Below, piece after piece: positions 37,125 to 49,981 of a stretch of DNA of 64,000 nt. The position numbers were made by a program, and so were the translations under genes. Where the stretch lies: the NCBI RefSeq assembly GCF_006345805.1, contig NC_042998.1, positions 178,064,001 to 178,128,000 of the forward strand, read 5' to 3'. The first letter of the stretch is position 1, and every line of letters begins with the position of its first letter. Source of the DNA: Octopus sinensis. Its lineage: Eukaryota. Below the pieces are notes generated by a model. That model was not told where the DNA came from, searched no databases, and was given only the letters and a program-made list of their open reading frames with translations.

Positions 37125-38430
37125 CTTGTTTCATTCTTTGGACTACGGCCATGTTGTGACACCGCCGTGAAGGATTTAATCAAACAAATCGACCCAAAGT
37201 CTTATTTGTTTCATTTTCTCAGTACTTTTTTTCTGGTACTTGCTTTATAGGTTCTTCTTATTTTAAACCTGGTACTTATTCTAAATGTTCCTTCGGCTGA
37301 ACTGTTAACATAAACAAACCAACAGCGGTTGTCAAGCAGTAGTGGGGTTACAGGTACAAACACACACACACATGTTTGTGCCGTGAACAGGGATTAATCT
37401 CTCTTCGCTCTTTGCGCCACGTGGGCTCAACTCTCCTCCCCTCTTCATCTAACCTCCTCACCTCGTCTATCTCCCCCTCACACCTACATCCTCCCACCCA
37501 CCTCTGCTCTCTTGCTCCGAATCCTACTTCCTCTCTTCACTCCAACTCTCCTTCTCTTCACTCCTACCCACCTTCCCCTTCCTCCCTTCATCGTCACCCC
37601 TCCCTTGTAAGTTCACCCCACCCCTACATATTCCAACCCCACCATTCCTATCCTTCCCCATCCCACCCCACCCAATCCCTTACATCCACTCCCACATATC
37701 CACCTCTACCCCCACCCTCGGCCTAACCCAAACCCCACTATTGTTTTTCCCACTCCCGCCTCCCCCACCTCCTAACACCATTACACCACACCACTACACC
37801 TTACACCACCATACCACACAACACATCACATCACAACACACCACCACGCTCACATCAGCACTGACCATTTCTCAGACCCACATTTTCACACCTACACATA
37901 CACACACGCACGCGTCAAGTTCACCAGCCCTCTTCTACATGCACATACAAACTCTCTTATGCACACACATGCGCACCTCCGTTCTGGGATCACCACCACT
38001 TTATTATCTCCCCTTCTCCCTAGCTCTTTTGTGTAACCCTTCTGCCCGGCTTTCGCCATGATAGATCGCTAGCCACTACACATTCTTTCTTTTCTCTCCT
38101 TGTTTCTTTCTGTGTTTCTTTCTGTGTTCCTTTCGAGCATAGGCTCGAAATGTTAAAGACTTTTTCACTTCTCGAGCGTTATACTAATACATCTGTTTGT
38201 TGTTTACACAACCTGTCTTCGTCTTTTGTCTTTTTGTGAATTATCCCCTATATATATATATACACGACAGGCTTATTTCAGTTTCCGTCAACCAATTCCG
38301 TTCACAGGGCTTTGGTCGGCCCGGGATTACAGTTTAATGTAAAAGACACTCACCCAAATTGCCATGCAGTGGGACTGAATCCGGAGACATACCGTTGGGT
38401 AGTAAATTTCCTGAAGCACATGTGCAGGTG
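37125..38430 (-). mobile_element. Old family B SINE split in two (37125-37370 body/tail; 38255-38430 head) by a PLE insertion
   Basis: Left piece ends cggttgtcaagc..acaaacacacac; right piece resumes tatacacgacaggctt..., the two sides of the family B internal microsatellite. Confidence 0.8.
37376..38250 (+). mobile_element. 3' end of a Neptune-like PLE (EN C-terminus, C-rich 3' UTR, degenerate HHR, tail)
   Basis: CREQGLISL/..APRGLNS resembles the GIY-YIG terminal EQ.LI..L.TL.P.GLN; tail matches 28020-28170. Confidence 0.7.
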
Positions 38431-40479
38431 TGCTTGTAAAATTTTAGTAATACTCTGGTCAAGATTGAAACCTATTTAGGATGCTATTTAGTGTTGTTCT
38501 CTTTATGTCTATACCCACAAAACCACTTCCTACTTCTTACTCGAGATATGTGTGTCATGAGTAATTTGTGATAATATTCCAACAATATTTTTATTTTTGA
38601 ACCAACCCATGATAAATGTTGCATTAAAACTTTTATCCGAATCGAATAGCTTTCCGCCAAAATCTCTCTTTTTCTGTTTCATTTCTTACCAAAAATTTTT
38701 ATTTTGTTAAAATTATTCTTTAAACTACTTTTTTAAAAATACTACTTTTTTAAAAATACTTACTTTTCTGTATTTGGTATTTCTGACTTATTTCTGAAGA
38801 AAAAAAAAGAAGAAAATTTGCAGGGTGGTTGAATTAAGAGACAGGCAGCAGGTAATAGGAAGAGAATATAGAATTGAAACCTTTGTCTAGGTCCTGTTAA
38901 ATAGAAACAAGGAGCCGGAGGTGTAAAGCTTCTTTTAGAATTTGCATAGAAACACGAGCACCATGTCCAAGTTTCTTCTTAATCCCTTTTCGACGCGATT
39001 TCGATTTCTTTTCGATTTTTTGCGGAAGACGGAGTAATTTCTTCTTGCTATCAGAAAATGAAAAATGAATATACTTAAAACTTGAAGGAACAGATTAGCT
39101 AAATTTCTGCTTAATGAACTTAATAATACACTGCGATTTTGTTGAAATGTTCAGAAGCCAGATCCAGATTAGTCGTAAATTGCCGCAAGTCATATTTTTA
39201 CAATACTTCTTTCTCTCTCTCTCTCTCTCTCTCTCACTCTCACTCTCTCTCCCCACTCCACCCTCTCTTGCTCTCCATCTCACTCCTCCTGCTGCTTTCT
39301 CAACTTTGTTTCTTTGTCTCTCATTTGCAGCTGTTTCCCCCGTATTTAGACATACAACTACATTTAGTATTTTGTGTGGTTATCAATTTATAGGAAACAA
39401 TATTTAATGATGGCAGGACCGTATATTCTTCGTAGTCAAATTCATTTTAATATTACTGTGAATTTAAGATTTGCCTTACGGACTTGCTCATGTCGATAAA
39501 ATAACTTACAAAATAATCTCCTACCTGCATACACACATGCTTGTTCAATTAGATTATATTGTGGCTGTATGTCTAAATAGAGTTATTGTCAGTGTCTCAT
39601 TAGGGCAAATAATTTTATATTTGCCTGTTTGATAAAATATGTTTATTTTTGGGTATTTTTAAAAATACATACGTTATTATTGAGATTTGCACTTATATAT
39701 TTCAACAGATATTTTAATATTTCTGGTTTCCTGAGAGCATTTATTATCGGATAATTTAAAATAGTTTTTACATAATTTTAAAGGATCCAGCTGTGGCATT
39801 CGTTAATCTAATGTTAATGTTTATTGTTTATTTTTGCATCTTTTTATAGTATATTTTCTCGAAACTCGTATTCTAAAATTTTTCAATAGTTTGCAAAGTT
39901 AGAATCAAGCAGAAAAATTTAAAATCAAGCAGAAAACATTTTTAAAAAATTTAATTTTTTTTATGTACAATCCGTATGAAACGTCGAGTAACTTTAGGTT
40001 ATAAAAAAATCTAAGGGTAGACGTGTTGACGCCAAAAAATTTGTTTTATGAAAAATGTTGATACAAGTTTAAAAAAAGTTATGTACATGGATTATATAAA
40101 ATTAGCTGAAATAATCAAGGAAATTAAAATGCAATTATAGTTAAAGCAAACGCAGTTAAAGGAAAGCATTATAAGCTAAGTCTGTCAGATATCTATAAGT
40201 GTAAATAAAACTGATTAATAATTTTTAAAGTTATATCATTTCAATTAGTTGGAGGGCTACAGGGTTTATAAATTTATTAATGTTATTAACCACAATAAGT
40301 TACATAATTATGTAATTATTAATGTACGAGCGGTTGCCTGATCTTCACCTCGGTTTGTGCTGTGCTCAAATGTGTTCATAACGTATCTATTCTAATGCCC
40401 ATGAATTAGATCTTTGTTAAAGGCTGCTAGTTGTCATTGTTCACGAAAAAAAAAAAAAGGTCTAAACTCCAACCTAACT

Positions 40480-40860
40480 TGTTGCTGCTCTGATGTTTGC
40501 CGTTCTCAGGAGCTGGCATTTCTGGTTGTTACTATGAAGTTGTTCTGTCAACACCTGTTCCCTTTAGCGGGTTTTTCTATCGACTTGAGACTCCCACCTC
40601 CATCGTTTCTGCTTTGGTGTTTCTTGTTTCCTCAAACAAACTTGTGTATTGGCTTGAGATTCCATTCTCCGTCGTTTCTGCTCTAGTATTTTTGTTGCCT
40701 CAAGCCTGCTTGCCTGGTCGTTTCATACTGAAGTTTTATTTTTCGTTGCTCTTGTATCTCCACGGTGTTCCTTGTCTCTGAGACTAGATCCTGCCCTACC
40801 TTTCTTTTTGTGTTTCCTTAGTCCTTCGACTTCTTGAGCGTCGGTCTTCAGATGATTGAC
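40480..40860 (-). pseudogene. Degenerate 69-bp (23-aa) repeats resembling STPR-type repeats at the N-terminus of Helitron proteins
   Basis: cttgaga..tcc..tc..tcgtttctgct recurs at 40584 and 40653; minus translation LEQKRRRMESQ..RKQETPKQKRWRWESQ. Confidence 0.45.
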
Positions 40861-41139
40861 AAATATTATGTTATCTTCTTCGTATCATATGGAATGTTCA
40901 AAGTAAAAGTCAAAAATAAATCCCGTAACATTCAATTCGTTTTTATTATTTCTAAATTCAGTCATGTTGCTTTATTTCATCCTACTACAAAGCTTCATAG
41001 AAATCGGTCCAGTATAACAATTATACCCTTTGTATATATCACCAAGCTTCACTTCACGAAACGATAAAACGATTGCTTCAAATCAGTACATGTAACACAA
41101 GGAATATACAAATAATATACAGAAATCACCCCCCTCCAT

Positions 41140-41179
<40 letters not shown>

Positions 41180-41481
41180 CACATCACACACACACACTCA
41201 TATATATATATATATATATATAATCCAATACAAGGAAAACAGAATCCTCAATAGCGATGAAACCATCCAATTTTTGACTGGTTTACTGGTTTAATACCCA
41301 ATATAGCAGAGAAAAACTTTTTCATAATTCAAATAGATATATATTCAATATACAAAAAGGAAAAGAAAATGGAGGTTTCGATTGACATATTTTAATATTT
41401 TAATCCATTAACATATATTATCATTATAATATGATATAATATAATATATATGATATAATGATATAAATATAGATTTTATAA

Positions 41482-41557
41482 TCCTACAATTGTACCGATT
41501 CAGACCCAATAATAAATTCATAAAATTCATGTTTTTGGGCAAGAATCTCATCAGGGA
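41482..41557 (-). ncRNA. Degenerate type-I hammerhead motif
   Basis: TCC-CTGATGA-GATTC..GAATC-GGTAC-AATT-GT-A-GGA: helices I and II and palindromic helix III (ACAATTGT) intact; GAAA mutated to GGTA. Confidence 0.55.
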
Positions 41558-42444
41558 AATATTTGACAAAAATTACGTATGAGGAGCTTTAGATCCTAGA
41601 ACAAACTGAATAAAATATGTTTATGTTTGTAAGCGTGAGGGTCAATAATTTTTTATAGAATATATAATAAAAATATATAATGAAAACAAAAAATTAAAAT
41701 AAATAAAAACTTACTAGATAAAAACTGATAAACAAAATAATGCACAAATATGATGCTACATAAACTAATAATACATAAAATATATTTGTGCACTTTTAAG
41801 AATATTCATCTAAATATGCGTTTATCAATTTGTGTTGCAAGATTCCTGATGTGAAATCGTGTGTTGAAATAGATGTATTTCGGGAGGGTCATTTTATTTT
41901 TTTGCCAAAGACACACACGTACTATATATTTGTTTTCCACTCGTTTAATACTATTCTTCTTATTTTTTAAAATTTTGACTCATGTCCGTTGTCCAGAAAT
42001 TTTTCGTCACACATCTGTGACCTCTTCAGCGACACTTTTCGTTTTAGTGTGTGCTCTTGCTCCACTTACTCCATTCTGTTCTTCTAAGATGTGCATCCTT
42101 ATGTGCGCATGCTTTTACGTCCGTATTTATGTGTGTATGTGTGTGTGTGTATATGCTTGTGTTTGTGTGTTATTGTTCTTAGCAGCAGTATGGCCTTCTC
42201 CTCAGCAGTATGGCCTTAGCAACAGTATGGCCCCCATCCTCTCACCCCATACCCGAATATTTTGGTACAGTTCCTGTATCTCCCTGTGTTTGTGTGTTCA
42301 CCCACGGTATTGTTATCGTGGTAGTTGTTATCACCATCGTTGTCACCGCCGCTGCTGCTGTCGTTGTTATTCGTGCTGTTGATATTGTTGTGGCCGTCCG
42401 TAAAATGTCTTGTGTGTGTGTTTGTGTATGGGTTCGCTTCATAT

Positions 42445-42867
42445 ACTCTTTTACTCTTTTACTTGTTTCAGTCATCTGACTGCGGCCATGCTGGAGCACC
42501 GCCTTTTGTCGAGCAAATCGACCCCGGGACTTATTCTTTGTAAGCCCAGTACTTATTCTATCGGTCACTTTTGCCGAACCGCTAAGTGACGGGGACGTAA
42601 ACACACCAGCATCGGTTGTCAAGCAATGCTAGGGGGACAAACACAGACACACAAACACACACACACACACATATATATATATAAATATATATATACATAT
42701 ATATGACAGGCTTCTTTCAGTTTCCGTCTACCAAGTCCACTCACAAGGCATTGGTCGGCCCGGGGCTATAGCAGAAGACACTAGCCCAAGATGCCACGCA
42801 GTGGGACTGAACCCGGAACCATGTGGTTGGTTAGCAAGCTACTTACCACACAGCCACTCCTGCGCCT
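42445..42867 (-). mobile_element. Full-length family B SINE
   Basis: Near-identical to 11885-12294. Confidence 0.95.
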
Positions 42868-43322
42868 ATGTTCATATCTTTTATATGGATTGTTTATTTA
42901 TTTTATCTATCTCTCTTTTTCATATTTATCACATATTTCTCCACAGCAAAATCAACATCAATGGATGGGTATAGGTGCACTATAGCCATACTGCCTATTA
43001 TGCATCTCGTCAGGTCGTAGGCACGATTGCACTCATTGATTCTGCTGAGGAGGTCCTCCGTGCTGTCACCCACATCTGGGGACAGTTTTTATCAGAGGGC
43101 GTATGATCATTGAGAGGAAGTAAGAGATCCAGTAGTTGTTGGCAACATTGGCTCCGCAGACCGATCTCATTGGTGGTCCTGTCACTTGTCAGTGGCCATC
43201 TTACGGTCCTTGCGCAGACCATACAGTGTCGAGATGTCGTTCCAGGCCAGCAGCACAATGGGGTGACTTTTATTACGCATGCTGACCACTGGTAAAAATT
43301 ATTATATATTTTTAGTAATTTT

Positions 43323-43364
<42 letters not shown>

Positions 43365-43490
43365 CTTTTTTCTTATTTATAATCACCCCGCATTATCTTA
43401 TGGTTAACACCAGATAGATTTCTGGTGCATCTAAGTTAAGTACCGCATTCATGTGAATTCAACAGAACTCACTTGAATCTTAATTGCTTT

Positions 43491-43576
<86 letters not shown>

Positions 43577-43714
43577 TAAATTATAAATTCAATCTTACAC
43601 ACAAACACACTTATAAATTCTAAACAAAATATGATATAAAATATATAATATAACATTTATTTATCTATATTAGTTTATATTATTATACAATATATTCCTC
43701 CATATAAGTAATTT

Positions 43715-44330
43715 AATTTAATTATATTTTCTAAACAAATATTTTGAAGAATCTTTACAAGAAAAAACACGTTCCTGTTTGTAATTAAGAAGTTTCTTTC
43801 TTTTTTTCATGTTAGAATTTGATATATTTCCTCCACATAAAAGTTTATAGCGGTTATCAACAATTTTATAAGATCTAGCATGATTAAGTATTTGCCATTT
43901 AAGATTGTACAATTAGTTATTATCCTTTAACTTCCATATAAATTTATTTAAACTGGTGCTACTCAACTTATACTTGTTCCTAAAAGTATATTCATGGTTT
44001 TTCAAAATGTCATTTAATAGAATTGACCCAATGTAAAAATAATTATTTCCTTCAGATTCTACTCTACACCTATATACAAGGTTACTTTGCATACATAAAT
44101 TATTGAAATAGCATTTATCCTTAAATCTACAATCACAAGTTCTAGCTACATAGTTATCATTAGGTCCATTATTAGAGTTAGTAAGTGAATTGTTATTATT
44201 TCTATTATAAAAATATATAATTTTTTGTTATTAGTCGAAGAGATAATTCTAAAGATATTTTTAGATACCGAAAAACCAATTCTAACCGTTTTATTATTAA
44301 TTATTTTATTATATCTATTTTCGTTATTAA
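43715..44330 (-). mobile_element. Degraded GIY-YIG region of a second PLE of the same type as 520-2340
   Basis: Manual: TCDCRFKDKCYFNNLCMQSNLVYRCRV..YFYIG..NHEYTF..STSLNKFIWKLKD..YNLKWQIL..LLN. Confidence 0.8.
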
Positions 44331-44469
44331 AATGTTTAGATATAGATCTGTAAAAAAATTAACCAAATTAGTTTTTAGTTGTCTTGCAAAAGGAATAACA
44401 AACCAAAGATTATTGCTTTTATCAAAATTATCATTATGCGATTTATCAAAATTTACATATGGGGTATAT

Positions 44470-44568
44470 CTTGTAGTCTTATTTTTATTATTGTCATTAT
44501 TATTATTATTATTATCATCATCATCATTATTATTATTATTATTATCATTATTATTATTATTATTATCA

Positions 44569-44635
<67 letters not shown>
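44470..44635. repeat. (TTA)n/(TCA)n array at the 3' end of an R4/Dong-like element
   Basis: Direct reading. Confidence 0.95.
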
Positions 44636-44636
<1 letters not shown>

Positions 44637-44639
44637 CTT

Positions 44640-45110
44640 CGTAACACAGTGTAGGTAAAAATGCAACGGAGTCTTTAGTCATCTGTCAAGTCACAAGAAG
44701 GACCTCAGACAGATATTTTCCTTAAGATGTGTGCTATGCCCATTAAGGCTGTTTTTTGCAAGACTTCAGTCTTGCATGGGATTTCCAGTTGCCTTAAGAA
44801 GTTTTGAAGTTTCAATAAGATTGACCCCAACGCTCCGATCACCACTGGTATCCCTTTTACATTATCCTCTCGCAATCCATACAGTCTTGGTATTTCCACT
44901 TTCAATTCGAAGTACTTGATGATTTTTTCAACCTCTTTACTCGCAACATTCTTGTCATTTGGTATGGCTACATCAATGATCTGACAGTATTTGTCTCTCT
45001 TAATCAATATGACAATATCCGGCCGACGGTGATCGATTACATGATCCGTCTGAAAATCATAGTCCCAGAGTGTCGTTACTTATTCATCCTCCAGCATCAC
45101 TTTCCGATGT
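44640..45110 (-). mobile_element. R4/Dong-like 3' end, RLE endonuclease
   Basis: LWDYDFQTDHVIDHRRPDIV..CQIIDVAIPND..KEVEKIIKY..IPVVIGALG..LQKTALMG; runs into (TAA)n. Confidence 0.9.
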
Positions 45111-45129
45111 GGGAAGAAAGGCCCATCAT

Positions 45130-45595
45130 TGAACCTTTTTCTGTTTATGGGTGGCCTGTTTGGGAAATCTGAAAAACAGATAGATTCCTTAACCCAAACA
45201 GAAGTGTGGTAGGGACATCGGTATCAAACTTGGGATTACCAAATGCTCAGTACTTAATTTGAAAAGAGGGAAGAAAACAACTTGCAGAGGATTGCGGTTT
45301 GAGAGACCATGGTCAGGAGAGACCATGGGGGAACCCGACAGTAGTGGATATAGATATCTGAGGATTTTGGAGCTGGATGACATTCTACACAGAGAAATGA
45401 AAGTTAAGGTCAGCGAGGCGTATCAAAAAAGGGTGAAGATGGTGTCGAAATCCAACCTAAATGCAAAAAATTTGATTACCGCAATGAATATCTGGGCAGT
45501 TGCGGTGGTCAGATATAGTGCGTCCATTCACAAATGAACTAAGGAGGAATACTGGATAGAAGGATGTAAAAGTTGATGACTCTGCATGAGGCACT
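45130..45595 (+). mobile_element. R4/Dong-like RT fragment, inverted relative to the adjacent 3' end
   Basis: LFLFM..LFGKSEKQIDSL..DIGIKLGITKCSVLNLKRGK..YRYL..SNLNAKNLITAMNIWAVAVVRYSA..MTLHEAL. Confidence 0.85.
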
Positions 45596-46116
45596 ACCAG
45601 TCTCGAGTTGAATTCCAGCTGTTGTCCAATTTATTCAAAAGTTCTTTTCTCGACATAAAATTAACGAAGCGAATGTCATTTATCTCTGCCTTGATCCCTG
45701 GCATCATCTGACAAACGCCAACCAAGATGGTGGGAATGAGCCAAGCTTTACTTGCTAGAAATAGCAATCCAAATGCTTTTAAATTGAATCCCAATGCTGG
45801 ATATTCAAGAACCAAATGAAGGGCAGATTTTCAATCCCGAGTCATCCTGATTCCAAAAGGGTATAATGTGTTTATATTGAGCAAATGTAGACTGAGATAC
45901 AGGGTTCCCAAATGGACAGTCAGAATTTCGCTTTTATGCACAAGTTTTAGATTTTGGTGGGAATTAGTGTAGGTTCTGGCTTTTTAAACAATTGACAAAG
46001 TTTTATGAGCAAAGTAAATTCGGTAAGTAAAGATTTATCGTGGAATTCAACTTACGACAGGAAAACAACGTATTTTAATCTAATTAAATAACTTGGTTAT
46101 CTAACTCTGACGAAAG

Positions 46117-47128
46117 AAATATAGAAAAAAAGCATGAAAATATAATAAAAAGGTATATTAAAGAAAATAATGCATATCAGTGTACAACGAGAGATTAGAG
46201 AGAAACAAATCTAATTATTTTATGATTCCTACACATTTTCTTTAATCTTCTAACATAATATCCTAAATACTTTTTTGTACATGTTCTAGTCAACATATAC
46301 CGTCGCTTATTTTCTTCATTAAATTGCTTTTGTAAAGCCAGTTGATAAAAATGTTTAGTATGTATATTACTTCACAAATGTTTGGAATATTTTGAAACTC
46401 TTCCGTTAAAATATTTTTGCTTTGCTTTGTGCTAACATTTGTTAAATGCTTAAACGATAGTAATTTTCATAGACGACATCACTTTGTGTATTTTCGCCGC
46501 CATTAATTCGCTTCTGAACCTGTTCATACTCTGTGTGCGTGCGTACGTCTGCATGCGCGCGCGCGCCAGCGTGTGTGTGTGTGTGTGTGTAACTGGTGAG
46601 CATAAGATTTTATTATTGCTCTAAATAGCATCCGATGAACATATGTCGAAAAATTCTACCCATCGATAATTTCAAGACAGTAAACACACATCAAGGTACA
46701 GTATTAAATTATAATTTCTAGAAATTGACATAATATTCTGTATAAAAGAAACATATCTTCTCGAAACAATACAAATTATGGCCGCTGTTTTTGAATATAT
46801 TATTTTGTTTTTGCTTATCACTATAGAGACGTTGTTAGGATATAATAATGAAGAATGTGAAAAGAGGGAAAAGATTAATAATGAAGAATGCACACAGTTT
46901 TGTGTTTATTTTTGTTGTTACCCATTGAAACATATTATTAAAGTTGTAGGACAAAAGAAAGAATTACGCTTCGAATACATTTGAAACAAGGAAATACAAT
47001 TGCTTTTCGAAATGTTTGAAAGCTTTTACACGAAAATCTTTCGATGAATCTTTGTTTTCTTTCTTGTTTTAAAAGATAATTATTCGTCAACTTAGCATCA
47101 TCGAATATATAAAATATGCTTTTTTCAG

Positions 47129-47165
<37 letters not shown>

Positions 47166-48039
47166 ACACACACACACACGCACGCACGCACGCACGCACG
47201 CACACACGCACGCACACAGAGTAGGAACAGGTTCAGAAACGAATTAATGGCGGAGGAAATACACAAAGTGATGTCGTCTATGGAAATTACTATCGTTTCA
47301 GCATTTAACAAATGTTAGCACAAAGCAAAGGAAAAATAATTTAACGGAAGAATTTCAAAATATTCCAAACATTTGTGAAGTAATATACATACTAAACATT
47401 TTTATTAACTGCAATTTAATGAAGAAAGTAAGCGACGGTATATGTTGACTAGAACATATACAAAAAAAGTATTTACGATATTATGTTAGAAGATTAAAGA
47501 AAATATGTAGGAATCATAAGATAATTATATTTTGTTGTGTCCGGGGAGAGTCATTTAATTAGATCTGTTTCTCTCTAATCTCTATGCATTATTTTCTTTG
47601 ATATTTTTTCCTGCCTTTAATCCTCCAACGCGGAGTATAGGCCACTTAAAGTTGAATTCCATGTCGCATAATTTTTCGCTTCTGTACTTATACTCTGCCT
47701 TTCTCTAGTTCCTTTTGTGTTGATCTACACCACGAGTTCTTAGGCCTTTCTTTCTATATCCAACCGGATTCCACTGTAAAGCACTTTTCGCTACATTTGG
47801 TGTGTCTTTTCTAATTGTGCTACTAATCCACTTCCACCTTTTCTTAAATATTTGCTCCCTAATCGAAACTTGATTTGTTCTTTGCCATAGCTCCATATTG
47901 CTTATGTGTTCAGGCCATCTGATTTTAAGTATGCTACGCAAGCATCTGTTGATGAATGATTGTATTTGCTTATTTGACTTAACTGATGATTTCTTTGATA
48001 TACCTTTTTATTATATTTTCATGCTTTTTTTCTATATTT
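46117..48039. repeat. Long inverted duplication (arms ~46117-46600 and ~47120-48039; right arm interrupted)
   Basis: Continuous reverse-complement alignment by eye, including the (GT)/(AC) tract; ~520-bp unique spacer. Confidence 0.9.
47604..47990 (-). mobile_element. RTE-clade LINE 3' fragment inserted in the right arm of the inverted repeat
   Basis: LRSILKIRWPEHISNMELWQRTNQ..KKRWKWI..ALQWNPVGYRKKG; tttctttgatat occurs on both sides (TSD-like). Confidence 0.8.
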
Positions 48040-48049
48040 TGTATGACCA

Positions 48050-49080
48050 AATTCACATTTTTTGCTCATTGAGCGTATATTTTCTTTTCCTTCATTGCAT
48101 TTTTCTTTTCTTTTGTTTATTTCTTGTATAAAATTTTCTTTAGTTACACAGTTTTCAGATTTGATGACGCCGGCCTTCTTCATGTGGTTCAACAGTGGCT
48201 CCACGGCATTTTTTATATATCACCCTAGGCTGTTTTCCTCTGCTTCGATATAATCCTGACAACTGATCAAGCCTCTTCCACCCTTTCTTCTGGAAAGGTA
48301 CAGCTTGTCAATATTTTTCTAGTCTTGGTATCCATTCTTTTTCATTTCTCTCTTTTGCCATTTTAAAATTTCCGTTCCATACCTAAGTGATGCTATCACC
48401 CACATATTAACTGCTTGGATTTTATTCTTCCATCCAGTCAATTTTGAACGCAGCACCAACCTCAGTCTTTAGAAATACTCCATCCTCAGTTGCGCTTTCA
48501 TTTCCTTTTCCGTTATCTCGCTGTCCTCTAGTAAGCCAAGGTAATTGTATCTTTCCGTTTCAATTTGCTTAATCAAGTCTCTGTTCGGTAATTCTATCCT
48601 TGCAGAGCCATTCTATCCTTGCAGAGCCATTCAGCTGTACTATTATGTTGTTTTTGCTTAGTCCATGTTTTACCCCACAAATTTCGACTTTCATCAGTAT
48701 CAGGGACTAATCTTTCACGTTTTTTATCGTCATTAATCTCTTGGTAAAATCTTTTATGGTCAGTTCTAAACAATTTGTTTTGCTGGTATTGCTTAATCCG
48801 TTGTTCAAACCTAGTTAGCTTTGCTTTTTTTTTTTACATGTATGCGCTGCTTCAGTTCTTCAATCGCAATATTCAGGCCTTGTGTATCTACAACATACTT
48901 CTTCCTAACTTTTTCAAATTTCCATTTATCCTTAAGTTCCCCATTTCTTTTCCTCACAAGTATTTACACTACATTGTTCAAGGAGTTTATATCTTCAGAA
49001 ATTCTCCTTTTCCACCACGGTTGTTTATTTCCTCTTCCATCTGTCGCTGTTCTCTTCTCGAAGTGCTCAATACCATCCTT
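48050..49080 (-). mobile_element. Internally deleted R4/Dong-like element
   Basis: PWWKRRI..IEELKQRI..QNKLFRTDHKRFY..HNSTAEWL, jumping at a direct repeat (gaatggctctgcaaggata x2) to YNYLG..LRSKLTG..DKLYLSRRKGGRGL. Confidence 0.85.
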
Positions 49081-49599
49081 TCCGCCACAATTTTATTCGT
49101 ATATATTTTTCTTGCCATTCCTTTCATTTTATATCATTTTATATATCACAAGTATATATCTTATTTTTAACCATATATATTACTAATATACTTTTTGTAA
49201 ATTTATATTTTTCGTATTTTTTTCGCATTTTTATTTCTTATTTTATTTTTGTAATTTTTGTTTTTGTAATTTTTATTTGAATTAAATTATGGCTTGTACT
49301 GTAGGGTCCGGCGAACCTATTTTACACATACTTGTGGGCTTTAAAAAATAAAAATATAGCTTATAGTATTGAACTATGAGAAAGTGATATAGGGACCTGA
49401 TGATTGGGGTTATATTTTAAGAATGGTTCCAGCAAAACACGGAGTGGTTTAGGAACCGGAAAATGTACCTCATGAAACACGTGTAACCAAGTTATAAAGT
49501 AGCAGGTATTTAAAATAAAAATTATTTTCTATATGGTGAGATGAAGGGACCTACTATCTCTAAATGAATATATATATATATAATATATATATATATATA

Positions 49600-49718
<119 letters not shown>

Positions 49719-49739
49719 AATATATATATATTATATATA

Positions 49740-49944
49740 TATAAGGTTAATCCAAACGGGAAAACAGAAAAAACAACAACACGTGGAACAATTACAGTAT
49801 TATTATTATTAGGCGCTCAGGAAAATGGAAGAAGGAGGGTATGACGTTTCGAGCGGAGCTCTTCGTCGGAAACATAGCAGAAAGAAAGATCCCGAGACGG
49901 GAGGACAGAGGAAAAAAAATTGCAGGTAGTCTTCACGAGGTCAC

Positions 49945-49950
<6 letters not shown>
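49740..49950 (-). mobile_element. Solo PLE tail with HHR motif (core CCGACGA), inserted in (TA)n
   Basis: CCGACGA-A-GAGC-tcc-GCTC-GAAAC-GT-C at ~49843-49878; homologous to 51790-52000. Confidence 0.7.
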
Positions 49951-49979
<29 letters not shown>

Positions 49980-49981
49980 TC

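Noticed and set aside
37376-38061. Pro/His/Ser-rich ORFs
   Set aside because: C-rich PLE 3' UTR; only the first ~15 codons resemble endonuclease.
43000-43295. GC-richer 300-bp island with short ORFs on both strands
   Set aside because: Probably a retroelement scrap but no motif I can name with confidence.
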